24,435 nucleotides of DNA from Candidatus Hermodarchaeota archaeon. GTDB lineage: Archaea > Asgardarchaeota > Hermodarchaeia > Hermodarchaeales > Hermodarchaeaceae. Location of the stretch: assembly GCA_016840065.1 (NCBI GenBank), contig JAEOTB010000097.1:1-24435 (forward strand), written 5' to 3'. The first letter of the stretch is position 1. Each line of letters begins with the position of its first letter. Below are positions 6,889 through 15,822 of the stretch, one piece after another. The position numbers and the translations under genes were made by a program. The notes beneath the pieces are model-generated. The model searched no databases and was not told the DNA's origin. It worked only from the letters and a program-made list of their open reading frames with translations.

Positions 6889-6959
6889 GTTAACCTGTTT
6901 ATGGCAACTCCTCCTTGAAGGCTAACTAGTATATAAGTTAACCTGTTTATGGCAACTCC
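6889..6959. promoter_or_regulatory. Two perfect 23-bp direct repeats flanking a TATA box; probable autoregulatory operators
   Basis: GTTAACCTGTTTATGGCAACTCC at 6889-6911 and 6937-6959. The 25-bp spacer contains minus-strand TTATATA. Confidence 0.75.
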
Positions 6960-7129
6960 CCACTAGGTGGAGAACTAACAGCACGGAACATTGATGAGAA
7001 AAATACGGAGTATTGATGAGGAAAATCACGATCGGGCAAGGTGAAGTCCTCATCTGAAGGAAGAGCTGAAGCAAACCCATCCAGAGCTGGTTCCTTGGTT
7101 TTGCCTCTATTTGGTGCTGGTTTGTGGTT

Positions 7130-8431
7130 CTAGGGGCCTATCTTGTGTTTCTCTATCATCTCTGGTGTGATGCGGGGTTTTAGTTTAGTTTCTAGTTCTT
7201 GCCTTTGTTCGGTTGGTAGTGTGAAGTCAAGGGTTTTGAGTTTCTCAATTGATCCGATGAAGTGTTGTGAGGCTTCTCCGACTGTTTCAAGGGAGTCCAC
7301 AGAAATTTGGGTTATGTCATCTAGGGGTGTGTGGTTGTAGAGGAAGTTGGATCCTCCTCCGTACCACCAGTGGATTGCGGGGATGCCGTGCCAGGCGAAT
7401 ACTTTGTTGTCACCGCCAGTGGGTCCCACCCTGAGCATCGGTTTCCACTCAGAGGTATTTTTGACCAGATGCTTCTGGAGTGGCTCGTTGGCTAGGATCC
7501 CGATGGCTAGGTTTCCTAGTTGAGTACCTTGTACGTCGAAGTTTAGGTTGAGTTTGATTTCAGAGAGCTGTTTCTCATGTTTTGTACAATAGTGTTGAGC
7601 TCCCAGGATTGCACCTTCTTCTGCGCCGCAGGCAAAGAATCGTATAGTATGCTTTATGCCGGATTTGGCTAGACTCCGTGCAAGTTCCAGAAGGATGGCT
7701 GTGCCGCCAGCATTATCTGTTGCTCCTGCCGAATAAGGAACAGAGTCATAGTGGGCAGAGATTAGAATAACGCCCTCTGGTTCGGTACCAGGTATCTCAC
7801 CAAGGACATTGTAGCTTTCTGACTTGTATGTTTTCACATCAGCATGGATGGCGGCTTGCCCTGCCTTTTCCTTGAGAATCTGCCCATCTCGATGGCTTAC
7901 AGAGACTATTGGTGTTACAGGAGTTTCTTTCCCTAACGACAGACGGAGATAGGTGAAGCCCGATGGAAGATAGGGAGGCGTTCCAGGATTGTAACTGATG
8001 TAGATGATTCCTTTGGCCCCTGCTTCGATCAGGGTTTGGTAGTTTTGTTCGGAGGCGTTCCGCGAATAGAATAGTACAATCTTGCCTTCTACTTCGGGGA
8101 GCTCCTTTGCGGATTGTTGCAGCTCCCAGGGATTAAGGTAAAGGAGGGGAGCGGATGTTCCACCTTCTTCTGAGGCCCCAGAGAGACCAAATGATAGCCC
8201 TGCGATGTTGTGTTTTCCTGTTGTGATTTGTACGAGGCTTTGCTGGCTTGTAAGGACTGGGAAGGGCTCCGCACTTATCTTCTCTAGCCCGAATTCCTTG
8301 AATTTCTCTAGAATGTAGTCTTTGGCTAGGTCTGTTCCTTCTTGTCCTTGGATTCGTTCACCGATTCTGTTTGTGAAGTGGGTACAGTACTCATAGGCTA
8401 GCTTACCAGAAAACTTGGCATCTAGAGTCAT
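7130..8431 (-). CDS. M28 family metallo-aminopeptidase with PA domain
   Basis: Zinc-ligand motifs SAHYDSV, GATDNAGG, AEEG, NFDVQG and HTPLDD. PA-domain segment VEGKIVL...AGAKGII. No signal peptide. Confidence 0.92.
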   Translation of the reverse strand: MTLDAKFSGKLAYEYCTHFTNRIGERIQGQEGTDLAKDYILEKFKEFGLEKISAEPFPVLTSQQSLVQITTGKHNIAGLSFGLSGASEEGGTSAPLLYLNPWELQQSAKELPEVEGKIVLFYSRNASEQNYQTLIEAGAKGIIYISYNPGTPPYLPSGFTYLRLSLGKETPVTPIVSVSHRDGQILKEKAGQAAIHADVKTYKSESYNVLGEIPGTEPEGVILISAHYDSVPYSAGATDNAGGTAILLELARSLAKSGIKHTIRFFACGAEEGAILGAQHYCTKHEKQLSEIKLNLNFDVQGTQLGNLAIGILANEPLQKHLVKNTSEWKPMLRVGPTGGDNKVFAWHGIPAIHWWYGGGSNFLYNHTPLDDITQISVDSLETVGEASQHFIGSIEKLKTLDFTLPTEQRQELETKLKPRITPEMIEKHKIGP

Positions 8432-8674
8432 ACTCCCAAGTTGAGGGTGCGGGGTTTAAATGCTAATCTAGTGTTTGCCCAGGTGTTGGGTTAGCGATAG
8501 AGTTATAGTTGCAGAACCCTATAGTCTAGATGGGAATTGGGAACTGCAGTTTCAAAGATGCTATTCTTCGACTTCACGTACCTTGTAGAATCTGCTTGTG
8601 GAAGGAAAAGCATTTCAACCAAGAGGACAGTAGGTTGAGTGGGATTTGTCAGGAGCCCTTAAGGTGGGGCTGTA

Positions 8675-9781
8675 TTGAAGTTTGAAGGATCAGTGTTAGA
8701 AGATCGTCGCACATGGTTGCTAATCAAGGAGTTACTTAGCGGAGAGTTGGGTAAGCTTGAGCCAGTGCTTGATCCTTCGTCGCCCCTTGGTTTTCGTTAT
8801 CTAGCTGCTGAGGGGCTGTTGGAGGCTGGTCCCCGTGAGACGGTGGAGATCCTGCAGAGACTAGAAGCTGCTGGGTTCCTTGAGGCCACGCTTGTTGATC
8901 TTCTTCTACTGTGTTCATCCTGTCATTCTCCCCAGATTAACCCTAGGTTTAGGTGCCCGAATTGTAGTGGAGGTCGTCTTCTACGCCAGGAAACCATTGA
9001 ACATTTTACTTGCGGTTATGTCGGTCCAAGGAAAGAATTTGTCAAGAATACAGACCTACACTGCCCTAAATGCGATAAGAGCTTGAAGGGACAGCAGCAA
9101 GATTTTCTTCAGCGATCATCTGTTAAGTGCCTTGATTGTGAAGGGTTGCGGGCTGAGCCACGCTTGGTTTACAGTTGTTCTCGCTGCCAGGAAATCACAG
9201 AAATCGGACAAGCCCCAGAAGTACCCTTGTATAGTTTCAGTCTAAACCAAGAACACCGAGGAGATATTATCCACTACCTAGGATATCATCCCAAACCTGA
9301 GGCTGAGCGCCCTGGGCGTCGAAAACACAGGACTAGCTTGGATTCTACTGACCGACGTATTCTGAACCTTTTACAAGCTGATAGCAGACTATCGTTTCGT
9401 GCAGTTGCTCGGAGGCTGAAGATAGGTGATGCTACAGTGCGAGAGCGAGTGGCACGACTCCAGGATTGTGATATAATCCATTCGTTTACCACTCTGGTGA
9501 ACCCGGAAAAAGCCGGGATGGATGTCATCGGTCTAATTCATCTTGAGGTAAACCCGAAAGCCTTACCAGTTGTAGTGGATGAATTGAAAAGTATGGAGAA
9601 TGTCAAAGCTGTGATGGAGACCGGTGAGCGTCTGAATCTCATTCTATTTGTAACATTCCCCACACGTAAGGCATTGAATGCGTTCTTAGATAAGTACATC
9701 CGGGGCCGGGACACCATTAGGCTTGACGCAATCACTCTTGTGCTTTCAGTCCACAAACTGGACTTAATTATCCGATTATAA
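8675..9781 (+). CDS. TackOD1-like multi-zinc-ribbon domain fused to an Lrp/AsnC transcriptional regulator
   Basis: CSSC, CPNC, IEHFTCGYVG, CPKC, CLDC and CSRC motifs. C-terminal LDSTDRRILNLLQADSRLSFRAVARRL...TVRERVARL...IIHSFTTLVNP Lrp HTH followed by a RAM-like domain. Confidence 0.85.
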   Translation: MKFEGSVLEDRRTWLLIKELLSGELGKLEPVLDPSSPLGFRYLAAEGLLEAGPRETVEILQRLEAAGFLEATLVDLLLLCSSCHSPQINPRFRCPNCSGGRLLRQETIEHFTCGYVGPRKEFVKNTDLHCPKCDKSLKGQQQDFLQRSSVKCLDCEGLRAEPRLVYSCSRCQEITEIGQAPEVPLYSFSLNQEHRGDIIHYLGYHPKPEAERPGRRKHRTSLDSTDRRILNLLQADSRLSFRAVARRLKIGDATVRERVARLQDCDIIHSFTTLVNPEKAGMDVIGLIHLEVNPKALPVVVDELKSMENVKAVMETGERLNLILFVTFPTRKALNAFLDKYIRGRDTIRLDAITLVLSVHKLDLIIRL

Positions 9782-9874
9782 CAAGGAATTTCCCCTCTAG
9801 TGGTACGCAGCAACAACTTTTTTAACCGCTTTTTTCTGAGAATCTACTTGAAACAACTATCTGAGGAGAAAGGT

Positions 9875-10660
9875 GTGACGAATCTTCGTAAACTTCTGGA
9901 AGACGGTGCAATCGCCGAAGCCATCGGGAAAATATCAAAGGATGAGGAACTGCTGGAAGATCTGATTAGCCTCCTTGAGGACACAGATGAGGATATTCAG
10001 CGTTCTGCCTTTGAAGTGGTATCCCAGACTCAAAGCATACAAACCCTGTTAGAGGCGATACCTACACTTGTCGGTGGATTAGAAAGTGAAAATGAGGAGG
10101 TCTGCCGTTTTGCTGCTGAAGCCCTCTACTACTTTGGAACTGATGCTGCTGAAGCGACCGAGTCTCTATCCATTCTACTAAACCATGATGACGATGACAT
10201 TCGACGGGCTGCAGCTCGGACCCTAAGGTCGATTGGGCCAGGGGCTGTTTCCGCCCTGCAGCACCTTGTTGAAGCCTTAGGAGATAGCGATGAAACGGTG
10301 CGGGGGGAAGCTGCTCTGAGCATCGGGAACATTGGAAGCGTGGATCCAGAACCTGTACCATTCCTTGTGAAGGCTCTAACTGATGAGGAGGAGTTTGAAA
10401 TGGATGGGAAACCCTTGGAGGTACGTCACGCTGCACAGCAGGCACTGGTTAAACTGGGGAGCACGGCAGTTCCTGGATTACTCGATGCTCTCCGCGATGA
10501 CCGGGCTGAACTAAGACTTATTGCTGTGACAACCCTTGCACGGATTCCATCGTTATCCGATGTTGCCATGGAACTACTCCAAGCCACGATTAATGACCCT
10601 GACACAACCGTGAGCAGCGCTGCTCAAAAGGCCATCAAAGAGGTAAATGCCCAGAAATAA
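9875..10660 (+). CDS. HEAT-repeat (PBS lyase-like) protein
   Basis: Repeated L..L.D.D..VR..AA.AL..IG units. ORF track start is 9800; the in-frame GTG at 9875 follows a GAGGAG SD. Confidence 0.88.
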   Translation: MTNLRKLLEDGAIAEAIGKISKDEELLEDLISLLEDTDEDIQRSAFEVVSQTQSIQTLLEAIPTLVGGLESENEEVCRFAAEALYYFGTDAAEATESLSILLNHDDDDIRRAAARTLRSIGPGAVSALQHLVEALGDSDETVRGEAALSIGNIGSVDPEPVPFLVKALTDEEEFEMDGKPLEVRHAAQQALVKLGSTAVPGLLDALRDDRAELRLIAVTTLARIPSLSDVAMELLQATINDPDTTVSSAAQKAIKEVNAQK

Positions 10661-10783
10661 CCAATCGACCAACGTTCTTCTTGAGTAGTTCACTAGAACA
10701 GCTTGTTAGTGAATTAATAAGGAAGGAGTTGCCATACCTTGTGATTAGTGACTCGGGAAAGAGTTACTAGTGAGGTATTCTTC

Positions 10784-11737
10784 TTGAAACAGAAAATCTT
10801 GATTGTCTCGCTTCTGGTTTTCGTTTTTCTACTGTTTCCCCATGCTAGAGCTAGCGCACAGACACCGCCCTTTCCGCAAATAGGGCAAACCATGACTTAC
10901 AGTATCACCGGTGACGCCAACTGGGATGCTCCTCTAGACGTTACGCTAGGCTTCACCGCTACAGCAAGATATACAGTGACAGGAGTGTTTACCGGCGAAT
11001 ATACTGTGCTTCAAGAGGTCTCTGGTACACCCGTGTGGCCAACTACTGCGGGAACTGGTGGAATAAACTACTACGATGTAGGTGGTGGCGGTTACACCTC
11101 TGAACCGACTAATACTAGCTTTGCTTTCACTACGTCCGGTACCATTGCTCAAGACGACTCTGAAGTCTCAAGCCTGAGTGGTGATGAGTACTCGAGCGTT
11201 GAACTAAACTGGACCGTTGGCAGTGATACTGTTGGAGCCTACGTTGGATTGCACAGTTGGTTGTGGTTCATTGCCTTCTTCCCATTCCCCTATCCAGCCC
11301 TCTTCCTAACAGATGGTGAAAACTCGATATTCTATTGGAACACATCTCTAGCGCCATGGGATATAGTTGAAGACCCTGGTGCTTGGACGGTTGAAACTGT
11401 GTCAACTTCACTTGGAGTTCGTAACGCTTTTCGAAACACAACAAGCATCACTGGAACCCTTGCCACCACAAGTGGAACCACAGTATTAGACACATGGATT
11501 GACCTAGACTCACGAATCTTGCTCAAACTCACTGATACAACGACCATTGACAATGACGGTCTGTTTGATGTCGTTATGACAACAAATATCGACCTCGTCG
11601 CCTGTGACTTCTTTGGAATCATCGGCTCACTATTGTACACAAAGATAGCCGGCATCCCGCTCCTCTATCTCATCATCGCTGTTATCGTCATACTCGTAAT
11701 CGTACTACTCATTATCTGCATCGCAAGACGGAAGTGA
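10784..11737 (+). CDS. Secreted, C-terminally membrane-anchored surface glycoprotein, paralog 1 of 4
   Basis: Signal peptide (MKQKILIV...ASA), Thr/Ser/Asp-rich beta-type ectodomain with N-x-S/T sequons, C-terminal TM helix plus RRK. TTG at 10784 chosen by alignment with the paralogs. Confidence 0.85.
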   Translation: MKQKILIVSLLVFVFLLFPHARASAQTPPFPQIGQTMTYSITGDANWDAPLDVTLGFTATARYTVTGVFTGEYTVLQEVSGTPVWPTTAGTGGINYYDVGGGGYTSEPTNTSFAFTTSGTIAQDDSEVSSLSGDEYSSVELNWTVGSDTVGAYVGLHSWLWFIAFFPFPYPALFLTDGENSIFYWNTSLAPWDIVEDPGAWTVETVSTSLGVRNAFRNTTSITGTLATTSGTTVLDTWIDLDSRILLKLTDTTTIDNDGLFDVVMTTNIDLVACDFFGIIGSLLYTKIAGIPLLYLIIAVIVILVIVLLIICIARRK

Positions 11738-11755
11738 TTTCTGCATCCAATACGT

Positions 11756-11786
11756 GAGGACGCCCAGCGTCCTCTCCTCCTTTTTT
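11756..11786 (+). terminator. Hairpin plus T-tract terminator
   Basis: GAGGACG-cccag-CGTCCTC, then pyrimidines and T6. Confidence 0.75.
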
Positions 11787-11895
11787 CTTCTAGAAGCTTT
11801 GTTTGAGGGGCTAGTTGTTCAATTAATAAGGGGTCAGCAGGTATTATCTCTGGAATCCGTAACTCGAGAAGAGTTACTTCATGAGGGTTTCCTTA

Positions 11896-12834
11896 ATGAA
11901 TCGAAAAATACTGTTTGCTTCACTTTTTCTGTTGGTCTTTCTGACGATTCCCATCAACCAAGCTAGCGCAACGGGAGTTTTCCCCGCCGTAGGGCAAACC
12001 TTTGCCTACAGCATTACTGGTAGCGCCGACTGGGAAGCGCCCCTCGATGTCACCATTGGATTTGCCGCCACAGCAACCCTGTCAGTGACGGCAGTTGGGA
12101 CTACTGATTTTACTCTGCAACAAGCGGTTTCAGGGTCAGTCACCTGGCCCACTACAACTGGGACAGGAGAGATTGCTCTTTGGACATGGACCGCTTCTGA
12201 TCCAGATATCGCCCCAAGCAACACCGCCTTTAGCTTCACTACTACGGGTGATGTTGACCTCGACAATTCAGTTGTTTCAAGCCCCAGTGGCGACGAATAC
12301 GTAGTGGCCTGGTTGAACTGGACTTCAGGCTCAGACGAGATATTCGCCTGGATTAGTTACATAGCTGCAGGAATGATAGGTTCAGCCGCCTTATCATTAC
12401 CGCTTCCGCCCATCTTTCTAACTGAAGGTCTTCCAACGTTTTTCTACTGGAATACATCCTATTCACCTTGGACTGGGACACCTACCACGACTGACTGGAA
12501 CGTTGAATCTGTTGCGACCCCACTCGGTGTTCGCAATTCCTATCGGAACACGACAGCCGACTCCCAATCTGACAGCGGTAATAGTGCGTCGCTAACCTTG
12601 GACACTTGGATTGACTTTGAGACTAGCATTCTGCTTAAACAAACTGAAACAGTGGTCATTGACAACAGCGGAGTAATGGACTACACTATGACGTTAAATA
12701 TCGACCTCGTCTCCTGTAGCTTCTTTGCTGCTCCTATACCCATCGTCCTCATCATCATTGCTGTCATCGCCATCGTCATCATCATAATCGTCATATTCCT
12801 CCTCTACTGGTTCGTGCTACGAAAACGGAAGTAA
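11896..12834 (+). CDS. Surface glycoprotein paralog 2 of 4
   Basis: MNRKILF signal peptide, YSITG.ADW.APLDVTIGF.ATA family motif, TM helix plus RKRK. Confidence 0.85.
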   Translation: MNRKILFASLFLLVFLTIPINQASATGVFPAVGQTFAYSITGSADWEAPLDVTIGFAATATLSVTAVGTTDFTLQQAVSGSVTWPTTTGTGEIALWTWTASDPDIAPSNTAFSFTTTGDVDLDNSVVSSPSGDEYVVAWLNWTSGSDEIFAWISYIAAGMIGSAALSLPLPPIFLTEGLPTFFYWNTSYSPWTGTPTTTDWNVESVATPLGVRNSYRNTTADSQSDSGNSASLTLDTWIDFETSILLKQTETVVIDNSGVMDYTMTLNIDLVSCSFFAAPIPIVLIIIAVIAIVIIIIVIFLLYWFVLRKRK

Positions 12835-12855
12835 CAAGTAATACTCTGATGACAA

Positions 12856-12887
12856 GAGGACGCCAGACGTCCTCATCCTTCTTTTTT
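12856..12887 (+). terminator. Hairpin plus T-tract terminator
   Basis: GAGGACG-ccaga-CGTCCTC...TTTTTT. Confidence 0.75.
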
Positions 12888-13094
12888 CCGCTAGAAGACC
12901 CGTATTAAAGGCTAGTCATACACTTGACAGGGAGAGTATGGGATAAATGAGGAAGTTGGGCTCGAAGATTGATTTTTCGAGAGGCTTTTTAAGCGGTCAG
13001 CGTGAGAGACTGGATGTATTTTAATACGGTGGGGGTTGATAGTAGTGCTGAATTAGTAGCTCTAGAAGGAGTTACTAGTGAGGGACTTATTAAC

Positions 13095-14027
13095 ATGAAA
13101 AGGAAAATTCTCTTTGTTGCGCTTTTCGCTTTTGCCCTTACCCTGTTACCAGTTACGCAAGCACAAACAGCCTTTCCGGCGGTTGGTGTAAGCTTTGGCT
13201 ACAGCATCACAGGTGAGGCAGATTGGTCGGCGCCACTCGATGTCACTATCGGGTTCACAGCCACAGCCATCTATCAGGTAACAGCAGTGGGTACTAACGA
13301 TTTCGACGTGTCACAAAGTGTTTCAGGTAGCCCAATCTGGCCTACCTCTGCGGGATCTGGTGATGTCAACTTCTTTGATTGGAGCAGTAGCGATTTCGTT
13401 ACTGCTGCATCAAACACAAGCTTCAGCTTCACCTCGAATGGTGAAGTGTCGACGAATAACTCGATGATGAGCAGTGTGACTGGCAGCGACTATACATGTG
13501 TATGGCTGAACTGGACAGATGGTGTTGACGAAGTCATAGCCTATGTGGGTCTACAAAGTGCCCTATGGCTCTTTGTCTGGTTCCCAATACCGTTACCAAC
13601 CAGCTTCATGAGCAATGGCAATCCCTTCTACTTCTACTGGAATACCTCATATACCCCCTGGGATATGCCTGCCGCTGCTGCCTCTGGAGAATGGACTGCT
13701 GCACCGCTAGCAACTTTCGCGGGTGTCCGCAACGCCTACCACAACGAAACCGACTGGTCTGGTGCTGTAACTACCACTAGTGGAAGAACTATCCTTGACA
13801 CCTGGGTAGATGCAGATACAGGTCTTCTGCTCTTCCTCAACGACACCACGCTCATCGACAACGACGGAGCATTTGACTGCCGAATGAACACACTGATCAC
13901 AATGACCTCCTGTAGCATCTTTGCCGCCCCCATACCAATCGTACTCATCATCGCCGTAGTCGCTGTAATAATCATCATAATCGTCATATTCCTCCTCTAC
14001 TGGTTCGTGCTACGAAAACGGAAGTAA
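13095..14027 (+). CDS. Surface glycoprotein paralog 3 of 4
   Basis: In-frame ATG at 13095 (MKRKILFVALF) follows a GTGAGGG SD. Same architecture as the other paralogs. Confidence 0.85.
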   Translation: MKRKILFVALFAFALTLLPVTQAQTAFPAVGVSFGYSITGEADWSAPLDVTIGFTATAIYQVTAVGTNDFDVSQSVSGSPIWPTSAGSGDVNFFDWSSSDFVTAASNTSFSFTSNGEVSTNNSMMSSVTGSDYTCVWLNWTDGVDEVIAYVGLQSALWLFVWFPIPLPTSFMSNGNPFYFYWNTSYTPWDMPAAAASGEWTAAPLATFAGVRNAYHNETDWSGAVTTTSGRTILDTWVDADTGLLLFLNDTTLIDNDGAFDCRMNTLITMTSCSIFAAPIPIVLIIAVVAVIIIIIVIFLLYWFVLRKRK

Positions 14028-14048
14028 CAAGTAATACTCTGATGACAA

Positions 14049-14080
14049 GAGGACGCCAGACGTCCTCATCCTTCTTTTTT
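14049..14080 (+). terminator. Hairpin plus T-tract terminator
   Basis: Identical to 12856-12887. Confidence 0.75.
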
Positions 14081-14286
14081 CCACTAAAAGACCCGTATTA
14101 AAGGTTAGTCGTACACTTGGCAGGGAGAGTATGGGATATATGAGGAAGTTCTAGCTCGAAGAGGTTTTTTCGAGGAGCCTTTTAAGGGGTCAGCGTGTGA
14201 AACTGGATGTATTTTAATACGGCGGGGGCTGATAGTAGTGCTGAATTAGTAACTCTGCAAGAGTTACTAGTGAGGGACTCAAGAAT

Positions 14287-15213
14287 ATGAAACGGAAAAT
14301 TCTCTTTGTAGCACTTTTCGCATTTGCCCTAGCGATGTTGCCAGTCACACAGGCTCAGACAGCCTTCCCTGCGGTAGGTGTAAGTTTTGGTTATAGCATC
14401 ACAGGTGAAGCTGATTGGTCTGCGCCACTCGATGTCACCATCGGGTTCACAGCCACAGCCAACTACCAAGTAACAGCCGTCACGTCTAACGACTTCGATA
14501 TATCACAAAGTGTCTCAGGTAGCCCAATCTGGCCCACCTCTGCGGGATCCGGTGATGTCAACTACTTTGACTATAGTGCGTCAGACTACGTCACTGCTGC
14601 ATCAAACACTAGCTTCAGCTTCACGACCACAGGTGAAGTGGATACCGATGACGGGACCATGTCGTCCGTGACAGGAGCCGACTACACTGTTGTCTGGCTG
14701 AACTGGACCTCAGGGTCCGACGAAGTAATCTGCTTTATCGGTATGCACTCCTGGTTCTGGTTCTTTGCCTTCTTCCCAGTACCGTTCCCACCGAGCTTCA
14801 TGGCCAACGGTGAATACTTCTTTGGCTATTGGAATGCCTCGTATGAGCCCTGGACTGCTACACCCACCACAACGTATTGGACCACTGAACCGCTGGCTAC
14901 AGCCTTTGGTGTCCGCAACGCCTACCACAACGAAACTGATATCCTTGGTGACTTACCCCCAACTATGGGAAGGACAATCTTTGACATCTGGGTAGACGTT
15001 GATACTGGTCTTCTGCTCTTTCTCAACGACACCACGATCATCGACAACAACGGAGTATTTGACTGCCGAATGAACACACTGATTACGCTGACCTCTTGTA
15101 GCATCTTTGCCGCCCCCATACCAATCGTACTCATCATCGCCGTAGTCGCAGTTATCGTCATCATTCTCATCATCTTCCTGCTCTACTGGTTCGTGCTACG
15201 AAAACGGAAGTAA
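14287..15213 (+). CDS. Surface glycoprotein paralog 4 of 4
   Basis: N- and C-terminal regions near-identical to paralog 3; middle region divergent. Confidence 0.87.
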   Translation: MKRKILFVALFAFALAMLPVTQAQTAFPAVGVSFGYSITGEADWSAPLDVTIGFTATANYQVTAVTSNDFDISQSVSGSPIWPTSAGSGDVNYFDYSASDYVTAASNTSFSFTTTGEVDTDDGTMSSVTGADYTVVWLNWTSGSDEVICFIGMHSWFWFFAFFPVPFPPSFMANGEYFFGYWNASYEPWTATPTTTYWTTEPLATAFGVRNAYHNETDILGDLPPTMGRTIFDIWVDVDTGLLLFLNDTTIIDNNGVFDCRMNTLITLTSCSIFAAPIPIVLIIAVVAVIVIILIIFLLYWFVLRKRK

Positions 15214-15233
15214 CAAGTTTCCCCAGTTCGCTT

Positions 15234-15265
15234 GAGGACGCCAGGCGTCCTCCTCCTTCTTTTTT
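15234..15265 (+). terminator. Hairpin plus T-tract terminator
   Basis: GAGGACG-ccagg-CGTCCTC...TTTTTT. Confidence 0.75.
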
Positions 15266-15285
15266 CTACACTATTTTTGAAACAG

Positions 15286-15780
15286 CTAGACATTATCGGT
15301 GTGGTCTAGCTCTTCGCCGTTGTGTTCACTGGTTTCAGGGGGTTTGGGGCGGCGGTCGATGGTGCTGAAGATTAGTATGAAGGCAAATATGGCAGCAAGA
15401 AAGAGTATCTTGTGGATCATATTGACAAAGGAAAGTAGATACCATTCAAGAGAGAATCCTCCGAGAATCGCGGTGAAGAACCGGATACGATTGGTGCTTT
15501 CTCGGAGAGCCAGCCGTTGAGTTGTCCAATCAAGCATAGTGGGGAGAGCCAAGCATAGACAGAACACGTCGGTGACGAGAGCATCGGTGAAGAAGAGTGG
15601 AGGAACGAAAAGATGCAAGATTAAAACCAGCGGGAAGGAAACCACTACACTTCCGTAGAGACCAGAGCAGCGGGCACACACAAAATATACGCGTTCTTCG
15701 AGGGTCACTTGGAAGGCGTGGGTTCTTTTATGCTCGAAGAAACGGAGGATTACTCCAGCCACACGCTTCAGGGGATTCAT
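15286..15780 (-). CDS. DUF2085 family membrane protein
   Basis: VCARCSGLY and LP..LDWTTQ....RESTNRIRF.T motifs are typical of DUF2085. Confidence 0.8.
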   Translation of the reverse strand: MNPLKRVAGVILRFFEHKRTHAFQVTLEERVYFVCARCSGLYGSVVVSFPLVLILHLFVPPLFFTDALVTDVFCLCLALPTMLDWTTQRLALRESTNRIRFFTAILGGFSLEWYLLSFVNMIHKILFLAAIFAFILIFSTIDRRPKPPETSEHNGEELDHTDNV

Positions 15781-15822
15781 GTATCTTAACCTACTTTGAG
15801 ATTATACAATGTTTGTCTCCAG

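Noticed and set aside
6889-6959. Mini-CRISPR (two 23-bp repeats, 25-bp spacer)
   Set aside because: There are only two units, the spacer is the TATA-box region of the adjacent HTH gene, and no cas genes are present; operators are the better explanation.
10784-15213. Diversity-generating retroelement acting on the surface paralogs
   Set aside because: No reverse transcriptase in the window, differences are not adenine-specific, and all copies are intact genes with their own promoters.
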